Assembly (NCBI GenBank): GCA_964478705.1
Contig: CAYZIR010000004.1
Coordinates: 2,905 to 66,904, forward strand
Reading direction: 5' to 3'
DNA: 64,000 bases
Source: an uncultured Candidatus Saccharibacteria bacterium
GTDB lineage: Bacteria; Patescibacteriota; Minisyncoccia; Phycocordibacterales; EsbW-18
Numbering within the stretch: the first letter of the stretch is position 1; the number at the start of each line of letters is the position of its first letter. Under the pieces are notes generated by a model. It was not told the DNA's origin, searched no databases, and was given only the letters and a program-made list of their open reading frames with translations. The position numbers and the translations under genes were made by a program. Below are positions 8,531-18,973 of this stretch, in pieces.

Positions 8531-9817
8531 ATGAATACCATCGTTACACACGTTAAAAAACAAAAGCGGTATCTACCGGCAGTCGGAATTCTCATCGTTA
8601 TTGTTCTTTTGTTTATGGTGGCACCGCATATCTTCTCTTCGAGTTATAGCGTTGGTTCAGAAGGGGAAGTGTTTTCTGTCCTTCCACAGAAACCAAAAAT
8701 CCCCGAAGTGGCGCACATCAAAACTCCTGAATCGGTCAAAGCAATCTACATGTCGCAGTGTGTGGTTGGTACACCCTCGTTCCGTGACAAATTAGTTGCG
8801 CTTGTTGATGAGACCGAATTGAACTCAATTTTGATTGATATCAAAGATTTCACCGGACGCATCGCATTTACAACCGACAACCCAATACTCGCTGATTCGG
8901 TGTCGCCTGACTGTGGCGCGCGCGACATGAAAGAATTCATCAAGCTCCTTCATGAAAAAGATATCTATGTGATTGGGCGCATCACGGTGTTCCAAGATCC
9001 GTACTACACAAAACTGCACCCTGAATTTGCTGTGAAGAAAGAGTCCGACGGTACCGTGTGGAAAGACCACAAAGGTCTCTCATTCATTGATGTGGGAGCG
9101 CACGCGTACTGGGATTACGTGGTTGAACTTTCGAAAGAAAGCTATCGCATTGGGTTCGATGAAATCAACTATGACTATGTTCGCTACCCATCCGACGGCA
9201 ACATGAAGGACATCGCGTTCACGCTCTCAGGCGGAAAACCGAAAGCAGAAGTGCTCGAAAGTTTCTTTGCGCATCTCTACGACGAACTCTCCGAACCATT
9301 TGATGACTTTGATGATGTACCCGCGCTCTCGGTTGATCTCTTTGGATACACAACCACGAACACCGATGACTTGGGCATCGGTCAAGTGATTGAACGCGCG
9401 TTGCCATACTTCGACTATGTGATGCCGATGGTGTATCCATCGCATTACAACTCCGGATTCATCGGTATTGCAAAACCTGCAACAGATCCGTATGCGGTTA
9501 TTAAGTATTCAATGGATTCGGCGGTGCGACGTGCCAATGTGATGCGCGATTCGCTTGCATCAAACAGCACGTCAACCGAAATGGTCTCGGCGCGTGCCCA
9601 AGCAAAAAAGGGTCGCGGGAAAATTTCCTCCGATCAACTTCGTCCATGGCTTCAAGATTTTGATTTGGGCGCAACATATACACCCGAGATGGTTCGCGCG
9701 CAGATGCAAGCAACGTACGACGCGGGATTGGATTCGTGGGCGCTCTGGGATGCGGGAAACACCTACACACGCGCAGCACTTCACGCAGATATCACGACCG
9801 TTCCGGTGAGTGAGTAA
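8531..9817 (+). CDS. Putative glycoside hydrolase (DUF4015-type TIM barrel) with N-terminal anchor
   Basis: ELNSILIDIKD..G, IGRITVFQDP, GFDEINYDYVRYP, PMVYPSHY, RPWLQDF. Confidence 0.8.
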   Translation: MNTIVTHVKKQKRYLPAVGILIVIVLLFMVAPHIFSSSYSVGSEGEVFSVLPQKPKIPEVAHIKTPESVKAIYMSQCVVGTPSFRDKLVALVDETELNSILIDIKDFTGRIAFTTDNPILADSVSPDCGARDMKEFIKLLHEKDIYVIGRITVFQDPYYTKLHPEFAVKKESDGTVWKDHKGLSFIDVGAHAYWDYVVELSKESYRIGFDEINYDYVRYPSDGNMKDIAFTLSGGKPKAEVLESFFAHLYDELSEPFDDFDDVPALSVDLFGYTTTNTDDLGIGQVIERALPYFDYVMPMVYPSHYNSGFIGIAKPATDPYAVIKYSMDSAVRRANVMRDSLASNSTSTEMVSARAQAKKGRGKISSDQLRPWLQDFDLGATYTPEMVRAQMQATYDAGLDSWALWDAGNTYTRAALHADITTVPVSE

Positions 9818-9828
9818 TACGGCACTCC

Positions 9829-9856
9829 TTGACGACACAATAATTTTCGGTATAAT
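9829..9856 (+). promoter_or_regulatory. Sigma70-type promoter
   Basis: TTGACG-16 nt-TATAAT. Confidence 0.65.
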
Positions 9857-9914
9857 CTCTTTCTAGGAGAGGTTCATTTCTGTCTAACGACTGTTTTTAG
9901 AAAGGAAGGTGTGC

Positions 9915-10232
9915 ATGATAGGTCGTCCGGATATCCTCGAGTATTTTTCGAGTCTCGAGGAGCTCGAGAAAATTCACAACGATCCGCAATTTCATGCGGG
10001 GCTGCTCATTGAGCAGATCTCGCTTGAACTTGCGACGACAGGAGTATCGTTGATACGAATCGGTTCTATGCCGATTCGCGCGGAAACGCTCAGTATCGTC
10101 ATTCGGAAGTTTCGACGCTACGGTATTGTGGTGCATCCGCAAGACGGGCTTTCTGAAATTCGGTTTTCTGTTCCAGCAGGGGTGAAAGAACTTACCCCCG
10201 CGAAGGTGAAGGAGATATTGGATGGTGAGTAA
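9915..10232 (+). CDS. Hypothetical protein
   Basis: SD GAAAGGAAGG; overlaps the next ORF. Confidence 0.55.
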   Translation: MIGRPDILEYFSSLEELEKIHNDPQFHAGLLIEQISLELATTGVSLIRIGSMPIRAETLSIVIRKFRRYGIVVHPQDGLSEIRFSVPAGVKELTPAKVKEILDGE

Positions 10233-10530
10233 GAAGGGTGCTCGCAAAAGAGTTGCCACGCGAGGTGATTCGCTCGCACAAGAGGATGAATTCATCAGAG
10301 AGATGAGTCGTCCTCGACGACAGCTTGGAGATGACGACGCGCAGGTCGTCGCCAAGCTCGTGAAGGATCGACGGATCACCAGTGTCCGTCTTCGCTTCAC
10401 CACCGCCGAAGTCGATATCGTGAGCGATGAGATGTCGGTGTGCGACTGCATCGGTGAGGGACACCTCTGCGATCGGCTTGATCTAGGAGCTCGCCTCCGC
10501 GCGCTCGTTGGGGATGGAGAGACAGATTGA
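10222..10530 (+). CDS. Hypothetical protein with a CxC-x4-HxC cluster
   Basis: AAGGAG upstream; CDCIGEGHLC; hairpin plus T-run at 10539-10568. Confidence 0.55.
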   Translation: MVSKKGARKRVATRGDSLAQEDEFIREMSRPRRQLGDDDAQVVAKLVKDRRITSVRLRFTTAEVDIVSDEMSVCDCIGEGHLCDRLDLGARLRALVGDGETD

Positions 10531-10623
10531 CATATCACCGCGATTGCCGTACAGGCAGTCGCGTTTTTGTATATACTCTGCTTTTCTTGTATACAGTAGA
10601 GAGAATGTATTGGCGCGAGGAGA

Positions 10624-11004
10624 ATGCGTATGGAGCTCGTTGTTCGACCCAGACGCAAACCATTGCGTCTGTGGGTGTTATCGCATGTGTTTGATCGATA
10701 TATCGACTGGAACTGGGAGTGGGGGAGATATATCGACGAGACCGTAGCGCGGGAAGAAGTCGTCAGGCTCCTTGAGGTGATGCAACCACGACAGATGCCC
10801 TGGCAATTGGTGCTTGAACGTACCGTGAAGCATGGTGAGCTTGCTGAGTATTGGCACTCGGCGTCATGGAGATTCGTTGTACTCCACTATGCATCAGTGC
10901 GAGTGGTGGTGACCGTTGAGCCCGATGCTGACCACGCAGTGCATCGGGCGCCAGAAATAACAAAATTTTTCCGAGAATTGAAATCGTATGCCGTGACCGC
11001 CTAA
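10624..11004 (+). CDS. Hypothetical protein, possibly DUF4258/RelE-like fold
   Basis: GAGGAG before ATG; SHVFDRY near the N-terminus and RFVV...VVVTV near the C-terminus (weak resemblance). Confidence 0.5.
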   Translation: MRMELVVRPRRKPLRLWVLSHVFDRYIDWNWEWGRYIDETVAREEVVRLLEVMQPRQMPWQLVLERTVKHGELAEYWHSASWRFVVLHYASVRVVVTVEPDADHAVHRAPEITKFFRELKSYAVTA

Positions 11005-11073
11005 TCTGCGTGCACGGCTTTTCCTTTTGTATGCATGTCGTATACTACACAGTGACAGAGTGTTCTTTTCCTG

Positions 11074-13101
11074 ATGAACTACGACCCACACCGAATCACC
11101 TATATCGGCGAAACAGACTATCGCAACAAGCGAGTCAAGTTTGGTATTAAAGCGATTGACCGCACCCGCCACGTCTACATCATCGGTAAAACCGGTACCG
11201 GTAAATCGACCTTGCTTGAAAACATGGCGGTGCAGGATATTCAGAATGGCGAAGGATTCGCGTTCATCGATCCGCACGGTAAAACCGCTGACCTTCTTCT
11301 CGACTACATTCCCGAGCATCGCATTAACGACGTACTCTATTTTGCGCCGTTTGACCTCGCAAACCCCATCTCATTCAACGTGATGGAAGATATCGGCCCC
11401 GACAAGCGTCACCTTGTGGCGGCAGGTTTGATGTCCGCGTTCAAGAAGATCTGGGTTGATGCATGGAGCGCCCGCATGGAATACATGTTGAGCAACACAA
11501 TTCTTGCACTCCTCGAGTATCCCGGCTCGACACTCCTTGGTATCAGTCGCATGTTCGCCGACAAAGAGTTTCGAAAGGAAGTCGTTGCGCATGTCACCGA
11601 CCCCGGTGTGAAATCGTTCTGGGAAAATGAATTCGCGAACTACACCGACAAGTTCGCTGCAGAAGCAACACCGGCGATTCAAAATAAGATTGGTCAATTC
11701 ACCGCGAACCCGGTCATCCGCAATCTCATCGGTCAGCCGAAATCAACGTTCAATATCCGCGAGATGATGGATAACCGAAAAATTTTGATCATTAACCTCT
11801 CGAAAGGGCAGGTTGGTGAAGATTCCGCAAACCTTCTCGGTTCGATGCTCATCACTAAGATTTATCTTGCCGCAATGTCGCGTGCTGATATGCGCGAACC
11901 CGATCTCGCGAAACTTCCAAACTTTTATCTCTACGTGGACGAGTTCCAGTCATTTGCGAATGAGTCTTTTGCAGATATTCTCTCTGAGGCACGAAAATAT
12001 AAATTGAACTTAACGATTGCGCACCAATACATTGAGCAAATGTCGGATGAAGTGCGTGCCGCGGTTTTCGGTAACGTTGGTACGATGATTACGTTTCGTG
12101 TTGGAGCGACTGACGCTGAGCATCTCGAGAAAGAATTCGCACCGCTCTTTACTGCAGAAGATTTGGTTAACCTTGGGTTTGCTCAGACGTATTTGAAACT
12201 CATGATTGATGGTATGTCGTCGGCACCGTTTTCATGTCACACACTTCCGCCGATTGCCGTACCACATATTTCGTACCGGGATATCGCTATTGCACGCTCA
12301 CGAGAACAATTTGCTCGCCCACGAGAGGTTGTTGAAGAAGAAATTATCGCATGGCATGAAAAATCGTTTGGCTCTGGTGGTGGCAACGGCTCACACGAGC
12401 AACGACGAGATGCAGGTGGTTCTCGTACGCAGAACGGCTCTCAGTTCAATGGGAATAATCGAAATGGACCGCCACGCGGTGATATGCGACGCGATGTTCG
12501 CCCAGGCGATATGCGTGATACACGAGGTAATTCGCGTCCGCCGGCACAAACACCAACACGCCCGCCTGAACCCATGGCGGAGTCCATTCCTATCTCCACA
12601 CCAACACCACCTCCGGTGAGCGTTCCTCGCGCACAACACTCAGAACCCGCACGTCCTCCGCAACAGACCAGCGGAACACAAAACCAAAACGGCCCACGGG
12701 AGTATGTTCCTCGCCAGCCAAACAATAAAAGTGGTGGTTCTGATGAGCGCGAAGAGCGCCTCCGTCATTCATTCTCACTGAACCGATTGAAGACCGATAG
12801 TAATAAGAAAAAAGATAAAGGACCAACGGAAGGTCGTCTTGATGAACTTCGCAATGCGCTCGCAACTGTGTTGCAAAAAACGCAAGAAGTTTCAGACAAG
12901 ATTGATAGTTCATCTGTGCCGGCACCTCAGAGCGCGCCAGTACTCCCGAAGACTGAGATACGAAATATTCCTCCGAAAGAGACGCCGCGCGCAGAGCGAC
13001 CAACAACCAACAACCAACAACCAACAACTCGGCAACCAGAAGCGAAGATTCCGGAAGTACCGAAGGAGGTGCTTGAAAAACTCTTCCAAAAGGAGTCGTA
13101 G
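11074..13101 (+). CDS. VirB4/TraG-like (DUF87/HerA-FtsK superfamily) ATPase with a long disordered C-terminal tail
   Basis: HVYIIGKTGTGKS Walker A, IDPHG, LYVDEFQ Walker B, LSEARKY, AHQY..Q, GNVGT.I.FRVG. Confidence 0.88.
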   Translation: MNYDPHRITYIGETDYRNKRVKFGIKAIDRTRHVYIIGKTGTGKSTLLENMAVQDIQNGEGFAFIDPHGKTADLLLDYIPEHRINDVLYFAPFDLANPISFNVMEDIGPDKRHLVAAGLMSAFKKIWVDAWSARMEYMLSNTILALLEYPGSTLLGISRMFADKEFRKEVVAHVTDPGVKSFWENEFANYTDKFAAEATPAIQNKIGQFTANPVIRNLIGQPKSTFNIREMMDNRKILIINLSKGQVGEDSANLLGSMLITKIYLAAMSRADMREPDLAKLPNFYLYVDEFQSFANESFADILSEARKYKLNLTIAHQYIEQMSDEVRAAVFGNVGTMITFRVGATDAEHLEKEFAPLFTAEDLVNLGFAQTYLKLMIDGMSSAPFSCHTLPPIAVPHISYRDIAIARSREQFARPREVVEEEIIAWHEKSFGSGGGNGSHEQRRDAGGSRTQNGSQFNGNNRNGPPRGDMRRDVRPGDMRDTRGNSRPPAQTPTRPPEPMAESIPISTPTPPPVSVPRAQHSEPARPPQQTSGTQNQNGPREYVPRQPNNKSGGSDEREERLRHSFSLNRLKTDSNKKKDKGPTEGRLDELRNALATVLQKTQEVSDKIDSSSVPAPQSAPVLPKTEIRNIPPKETPRAERPTTNNQQPTTRQPEAKIPEVPKEVLEKLFQKES

Positions 13102-13178
13102 ATAAACGCGGACAGAACAGAGAAAAAAGCAGAGTAGTTTTTATAGTTTCTTTAGCAACGCTCTGCTACTGTGCGCGC

Positions 13179-14354
13179 ATGCGTACAATTATTTTTTCTT
13201 TCGCACTTATCTGCGCATTCGCTGTTCCGGTCTTTGCGCACGGTGCAGTTGTTATCAATGAAATCGCATGGATGGGTACCGCGGTGTCTGCAAGCGATGA
13301 GTGGATAGAGCTCGTGAATACAGGAACAGATGACGTTTCTCTTTCCGGATGGAAAATAGTGTCGGACGACGGAGCGCCATCCATTTCGCTTTCTGGCACG
13401 ATTCCCGCGGGTGGATATTATTTACTTGAGCGAACCGACGACCAGAGTGTTCCGACTATCCCCGCGGACAAAATCTATAGCGGTGATCTTGGTAATGTAG
13501 GCGAAACACTCCGATTGCTAGACGGCGAAGGAGTCGCAGTCGATATTGTTATAGGAGGGTCAAATTGGGAGTCGATTGGTGGAAACAATACAACAAAAGA
13601 CACCCCACAACGGCAAGCCGATACCACATGGATTACGGGCGTCCCCACGCCAAAAGCCTTGAACACAGCAACACCGAGCGAAATCCCTTCTGATGGAACA
13701 GTTGCTGGAACAAGTACATCGCAAACCACAACGCTCAAGAAAAAAGTAACAACCGGTGGCTACAAACAAGTGGTGTTTGCATACGGTGGTGAAGATGTGG
13801 TTGGTATCGCTGGTGCATCGATCGCATTTGAAGGGCGCGCTGTCACCGATAAGAATACCCACATAGGATCCGCTGACTACTATTGGTCATTCGGGGATGG
13901 ATCGCATGCGAAGGGGAGAGAAGTCTCGCATGCATACGCCGAGCCAGGGACGTACACCACGGTGCTTCGCGTGTCCGGCGACTATCAAACATCAAAAGAC
14001 AAAATCTCGGTTAGGATTTTACCCTCCGATATACGCCTTCGTGAAAAAAATGCTGGCGAGCGGGGTTTTATTGAAGTCTATAACGGCTCTGATGAAGAAC
14101 TCGACATCTCGGAATGGAAGCTCGGTGTGCTCTATGCACGAGGAACGCTTCGCGATACAACGTTCACCATTCCGACTGATACAATCATTGCTCCACAAAC
14201 GGGTATCAAATTTTCATCACGCATCACCAACCTCATATTCGATGATCATGACACGGTTGTCTTGCAGTATCCCAATGGTGCTCGTGCGGATGAACTCAGT
14301 GATGCTATTTCTGGTGTCGATGAAGAGTTATCAGACGTAGCAGACTCAGAATGA
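13179..14354 (+). CDS. Secreted lamin-tail-domain plus PKD-domain protein
   Basis: Signal peptide; VVINEIAW...DEWIELVN..SLSGWK; WSFGDG...HAY.EPGTY; second LTD-like IEVYN...DISEWK. Confidence 0.85.
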   Translation: MRTIIFSFALICAFAVPVFAHGAVVINEIAWMGTAVSASDEWIELVNTGTDDVSLSGWKIVSDDGAPSISLSGTIPAGGYYLLERTDDQSVPTIPADKIYSGDLGNVGETLRLLDGEGVAVDIVIGGSNWESIGGNNTTKDTPQRQADTTWITGVPTPKALNTATPSEIPSDGTVAGTSTSQTTTLKKKVTTGGYKQVVFAYGGEDVVGIAGASIAFEGRAVTDKNTHIGSADYYWSFGDGSHAKGREVSHAYAEPGTYTTVLRVSGDYQTSKDKISVRILPSDIRLREKNAGERGFIEVYNGSDEELDISEWKLGVLYARGTLRDTTFTIPTDTIIAPQTGIKFSSRITNLIFDDHDTVVLQYPNGARADELSDAISGVDEELSDVADSE

Positions 14355-14491
14355 GTACAGGAGGATTCCTCATGATTATTATTCTTTCGGCGGTTGTGTT
14401 TTCTATAAAACCGAGGAGAACTTCAGACGTCCGCAACGACACTTCCGATGCTTCACAGTATACGATTATAGACATCACACCGGTCGAATAA
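14351..14491 (+). CDS. Small single-TM protein (46 aa) missed by the ORF track
   Basis: ATGA overlap with the upstream stop; MSTGGFLMIIILSAVVFSIKPRRTSDVRNDTSDASQYTIIDITPVE. Confidence 0.45.
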   Translation: MSTGGFLMIIILSAVVFSIKPRRTSDVRNDTSDASQYTIIDITPVE

Positions 14492-14513
14492 GGTATGGTA
14501 GGATGGCTCTATT

Positions 14514-15758
14514 ATGGAACTTAGAAAGCCACGCCGAGTCCTCATATTTTCCTTGATGTATTCGCCGTTTATGAGCGGTGGTGAAATGGCTCCAGACGAG
14601 ATCACAAGGCGTATATCAAAAGAAGATATACAGTTCGATCTCATCGCGCTTCGTGCAGACAAAAATCTTCCAAAAACCGAGCAGGTGGGCAACGTCACGC
14701 TTCATCGCATCGGTCCTTCGAAAAGAGGCATTACCTTCACTGAGCTCGGGCGTTTCCCATGGTATCTCATCAAGGTGCTCTATGTTCCGCTCGCAGCTTT
14801 GAAAGCGCGTCATCTGTCTCGTAAGGGAAAGTACGACGCATACTGGTGTGTCATGACTAACATGGGATTCGTTCCTGTGGTACTCCGAATGTTCTTCGGC
14901 GACAAAACCCCCTTCATTCTCACACTTCAAGACGGCGACACGAAAGAGCATATTGCGGGGCGCCGTCGTATCCGCCTCTTCGCTCCACTTTTTAAGCGCA
15001 TATTCACCGATGCGACGACCGTGCAAGTAATATCGAAGTATCTCGCAACCTTCGCAAAGGAGATGGGATACCCGCGTGAACCGGTTGTTATTCCTAACGG
15101 AGTTGATTACAAACACTTTTCCGACCCTCGTTGGAAACAAGAGCGCCAGAAACTTATTTATCGTTTCAACAAAAAACCAAACGATTTTTTCCTTGTCACC
15201 ACATCACGACTTGTACCAAAAAATGCGCTTGACGATGTCATTCGTGCGCTCGCGCTACTACCTGATCGCTATAAGTTTTTGGTCTTGGGTGACGGGCCTC
15301 AGGGGGCAGAACTATGGGAGCTTGCGCAAAAGCTTGGTGTTGAGAAGCGAGTCATGTTTCTCGGTAAGGTTCCATTCAATGACGTTCCTGCTCATCTTGC
15401 AGTGAGTGATATCTTTGTTCGACCATCGCTTTCGGAAGGTATGGGTTCGAGCTTCGTCGAAGCGATGGCAACGGGGCTTCCGGTTATCGCCACACCTGTT
15501 GGTGGTATTCCAGATTTTCTACATGATCCCGCAACACCGATCGGCAAAGACGCTCCAACAGGGATTTTTTGTAACGTCCGCGATCCACAAAGTATTGCGG
15601 ATGCGGTCGAGCGTCTTGTTGCAAGCGAAACATTACGTACTCACATTATCGACAACGCGCGTGCCCTTGTAGAGCATACCTACGATTGGAACACTATTAC
15701 GCAAGACATGTTCACAAAAGTATTCAAACCTATTTTTGAGCAAGACTCGACGCACTAA
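14514..15758 (+). CDS. Glycosyltransferase family 4
   Basis: IPNGVD, SRLVPKN, PSLSEGMGSSFVEAMA.GLPV. Confidence 0.92.
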   Translation: MELRKPRRVLIFSLMYSPFMSGGEMAPDEITRRISKEDIQFDLIALRADKNLPKTEQVGNVTLHRIGPSKRGITFTELGRFPWYLIKVLYVPLAALKARHLSRKGKYDAYWCVMTNMGFVPVVLRMFFGDKTPFILTLQDGDTKEHIAGRRRIRLFAPLFKRIFTDATTVQVISKYLATFAKEMGYPREPVVIPNGVDYKHFSDPRWKQERQKLIYRFNKKPNDFFLVTTSRLVPKNALDDVIRALALLPDRYKFLVLGDGPQGAELWELAQKLGVEKRVMFLGKVPFNDVPAHLAVSDIFVRPSLSEGMGSSFVEAMATGLPVIATPVGGIPDFLHDPATPIGKDAPTGIFCNVRDPQSIADAVERLVASETLRTHIIDNARALVEHTYDWNTITQDMFTKVFKPIFEQDSTH

Positions 15759-15782
15759 TGGTTTTCACGTACTCTGGGAACT

Positions 15783-16793
15783 ATGCGGATTCTTATAGCG
15801 ACAGGCGTTTACCCGCCAGAGGCAGGTGGTCCCGCGTTTTACGCGAAAAGCCTTAAAGATGAGTTTGAGAAACTCGAGCATACGGTAGCAATTCGCACGT
15901 TTACTCTAGAGCGTTCGTTGCCAACAGGTGTCCGACATCTCTGGTATTTTCTAAAGACATTTCCATCGTACGTGAGGGCGGATTGTGTTCTTGTGTTTGA
16001 TACATTTAGTGTTGGTTTTCCAATTGCTCTTATGTATAAAGTGCTACGACGACGGACAATTCTTCGTATCGGCGGGGATTTTGTGTGGGAACAGTATGTT
16101 GAACGGACGAAAGAAAAGGTTCTTCTCTCGCAGTTTTACAAAGCAGACAGAATATTCTCTTTCAAGGAGCGACTGATTGTACGCGCGACGAAGTTTGTGC
16201 TTCGAACCATTCCCGCAATTGTTTTTAATACAGAATTTCAAAAAAATATTTGGATACCTGCATACCAGATTCCCGCTACCAAAACATCAGTCATCGAGAA
16301 TCGTTTCGAACCACCGATACACGTCGCCCCTGTGAATGCACATAAAACATTTGTCTACGCTGCGGCTCGCCCATTGGTATGGAAAAACGCCGATATGGCA
16401 GAGCGCGCATTTGATAGTGTCCGTAGGTCTATGCCTGATGCCCGACTGGAGTTTCTGTTCGGTGTCTCTCGTGAAGAAGCGATACAAAAAATCAAAGACT
16501 CCTATGCTTGTATACTGACATCACTGGGTGACCTCGGTCCAAACTATATTCTTCGAGCACTTTCGTTTGGTAAGCCGGTCATTCTCTCGCGTGAGATCGG
16601 CATTCGTGATCGTGTGGGGGACATCGCACTCTATGTTGACCCGTTGGATCCACAGGCGATTGCTGATGCTGTGGTGCGTTTATGCGATCCAAACGTCTAT
16701 GCTGACTATCAGCGTCGCGTTGCGACAATTCACTATACACACACGTATGCTGATATTGCACAGGAATTCCTCACACTATGTCAGACGCTATAA
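15783..16793 (+). CDS. Glycosyltransferase family 4 (divergent)
   Basis: MRILIATGVYPPEAGGP; GT-B C-terminal lobe ALSFGKPV, VDPLDP. Confidence 0.8.
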   Translation: MRILIATGVYPPEAGGPAFYAKSLKDEFEKLEHTVAIRTFTLERSLPTGVRHLWYFLKTFPSYVRADCVLVFDTFSVGFPIALMYKVLRRRTILRIGGDFVWEQYVERTKEKVLLSQFYKADRIFSFKERLIVRATKFVLRTIPAIVFNTEFQKNIWIPAYQIPATKTSVIENRFEPPIHVAPVNAHKTFVYAAARPLVWKNADMAERAFDSVRRSMPDARLEFLFGVSREEAIQKIKDSYACILTSLGDLGPNYILRALSFGKPVILSREIGIRDRVGDIALYVDPLDPQAIADAVVRLCDPNVYADYQRRVATIHYTHTYADIAQEFLTLCQTL

Positions 16794-18973
16794 AACAACC
16801 TGTCCTTATACTTTCTATTGACCCATCACTCTTCGATGCCAAGAGCGATACGGTTGCACGTATGAGGGAATACACAAATCTCTACGAGAGTGTTCATGTT
16901 GTTGTGTGTACGAAAGGCAGGAAGACCTCACGATTCGAAATCGCTCCTCTGGTGCATGTCCATCCCGCTCGCTATTGGTTACGACCACTCGGTTTTTTTC
17001 AGGCACTCTACCAGACATGGCGAGTAGCATCTCAGATACGACCCGCTTCGATTATCGCGCAAGATGCCTCGATGTTCGGTGCCATGGCACTTGTCGTTGG
17101 AAAACTCAAAAATATTCCGGTTGTTGTTGGTATTTATGGAACCGATGCATATAACGCATTCATTCGCCGAGAATCAATCAAACACTGGTTTTATTCTGTC
17201 ATGGCGAAAGTTATTCTACGTTTCGCTGATGTCATTCAAACTGACGGACCAGAAACAGTAGAACGGCTTCGTCAGCGTTTCGGTACTAAAGTGTTTTTCA
17301 AGCCCATGTTCGCAGGGAACAGCGACGCGCTTCGTACGATCGTTCGACATGTTCCCAAACAGATTTTCCGCATTCTTTTCGTCGGACGTTTCGTATCGCA
17401 AAAGAACATCCCATTGCTTCTCGAGGTAATAACAGAAACAAAACGACTCATGGGGAATAGTGTTTGTTTTACACTGGTTGGTGACGGTCCTGAAAAAAAA
17501 GATTTCATGCGAAAAATTACTGACCGTGGACTTTCGGATATCGTTACGGATGCCGGTGTGCTTGCGCGCGACGAAATACTCGATGCATACAGTACGCACC
17601 ATATCCTTCTTATTACATCCCGCTATGAAGGATTTCCTCGTGTCTTTATGGAGGCAGCGCTTGTTGGGATGCCGATTGTCACGACAGATGTTGGCGGTGT
17701 TGCTGGGTTAATTGAAAACGGTGTCAGCGGATACGTCCTTCCGCAGGGGAGCACGGGAGGTGACTTTGTAAAAGTGTTCCAAGGATTGGTACACAACGAA
17801 CCATTGTATACAAAACTCTCTGCTGGTATCAAAGAGCGTTGGGAGAAGCTCTATGGCGGGAAGACCGTACTCGACTATCAGCGTCCGTTGGTTGAATTTC
17901 TCACACGACCACGTCGCCCCAAAATGCTCATCCTCACGCAAAAAGTCGACAAGAACGATGGTAACCTCGGTTTCTTCCATCGATGGATTGAAGAATTTGC
18001 CAAACAGAGTGAGTCAGTGACTGTTATTTGCCTCTACGAAGGTGTGCACCATCTGCCGGTGAACGTACGCGTGTTATCACTTGGAAAAGAGTCTGGTGTG
18101 TCGCGCATGAAATATCTTCGACGATTCTATTCGTATATTTGGAACGAGCGGAAAAACTATGATTCGGTGTTCGTACACATGAATCAAATCTATGCCATTC
18201 TCGGTGGATTGCTGTGGCGGTTGCTGGGGAAGCGAATTGGCTTGTGGTACACACATGGTTCTGTGAGTGTTTCATTGCGAGTGGCAGCATTTTTTGTGCA
18301 CGACGTATTCACATCAACGGCAGAGAGTTTTCGTATTGGAACACGTAAAAAGCATATTGTTGGGCATGGTATCGATACGAGTGTATTTCTCCCTACTGTT
18401 ACACCTCCTTCGCGCGATGGTCTACACTGCATTACATTTGGGAGAATGTCTCCGGTCAAAGAATATGAAACAATCATTGACGCACTTAACATTCTCATAA
18501 AGAAAGGAATTGCTATTGACCTTATCATCATCGGAAGCGCTGGGACACCTGCGCAGACGGTGTATCAAAAAAAACTTCATGAGCGTGTCACGAGGGTCGA
18601 CCTTTCACGGTATGTTTCATTTGTTGATGCGGTTCCGCAACAAGAGATGCTTCCGTATTTACACCGAGCACATGTGTTTGTGAGCGCCAGCGCTACAGGA
18701 AGTCTTGATAAAGCACCGCTTGAGGCGATGGCTGCGGGGCTTCCTGTTATAACCTGTAACGAGGGGATGGTTGGTATTGCAAACCGGTGTTCTGCTATCA
18801 CTATGTTTGCTCCACACGATGTACAAGGTCTTGCGGATGCACTTGAACGATTCAATACTTTTTCTCACGAGACACTTACTGCGATGAGTGCAGATGTACA
18901 GCGTGTCGCACAAGAGTATGCAGTCGATACACTCGTCGCGCGAATAGTGGATATTCTAAGAGCAACAGCATGA
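16778..18973 (+). CDS. Tandem double GT4 glycosyltransferase
   Basis: Two GT-B modules: TSRYEGFPRVFMEA and GSLDKAPLEAMAAG. Confidence 0.88.
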   Translation: MSDAIKQPVLILSIDPSLFDAKSDTVARMREYTNLYESVHVVVCTKGRKTSRFEIAPLVHVHPARYWLRPLGFFQALYQTWRVASQIRPASIIAQDASMFGAMALVVGKLKNIPVVVGIYGTDAYNAFIRRESIKHWFYSVMAKVILRFADVIQTDGPETVERLRQRFGTKVFFKPMFAGNSDALRTIVRHVPKQIFRILFVGRFVSQKNIPLLLEVITETKRLMGNSVCFTLVGDGPEKKDFMRKITDRGLSDIVTDAGVLARDEILDAYSTHHILLITSRYEGFPRVFMEAALVGMPIVTTDVGGVAGLIENGVSGYVLPQGSTGGDFVKVFQGLVHNEPLYTKLSAGIKERWEKLYGGKTVLDYQRPLVEFLTRPRRPKMLILTQKVDKNDGNLGFFHRWIEEFAKQSESVTVICLYEGVHHLPVNVRVLSLGKESGVSRMKYLRRFYSYIWNERKNYDSVFVHMNQIYAILGGLLWRLLGKRIGLWYTHGSVSVSLRVAAFFVHDVFTSTAESFRIGTRKKHIVGHGIDTSVFLPTVTPPSRDGLHCITFGRMSPVKEYETIIDALNILIKKGIAIDLIIIGSAGTPAQTVYQKKLHERVTRVDLSRYVSFVDAVPQQEMLPYLHRAHVFVSASATGSLDKAPLEAMAAGLPVITCNEGMVGIANRCSAITMFAPHDVQGLADALERFNTFSHETLTAMSADVQRVAQEYAVDTLVARIVDILRATA

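Noticed and set aside
9897-10658. 253-aa minus-strand ORF and other antisense/shadow ORFs
   Set aside because: They lie opposite better-supported genes and have no recognisable motifs or expression signals.
11074-13101. Conjugative element
   Set aside because: The ATPase is alone; no relaxase or other T4SS genes are in the window.
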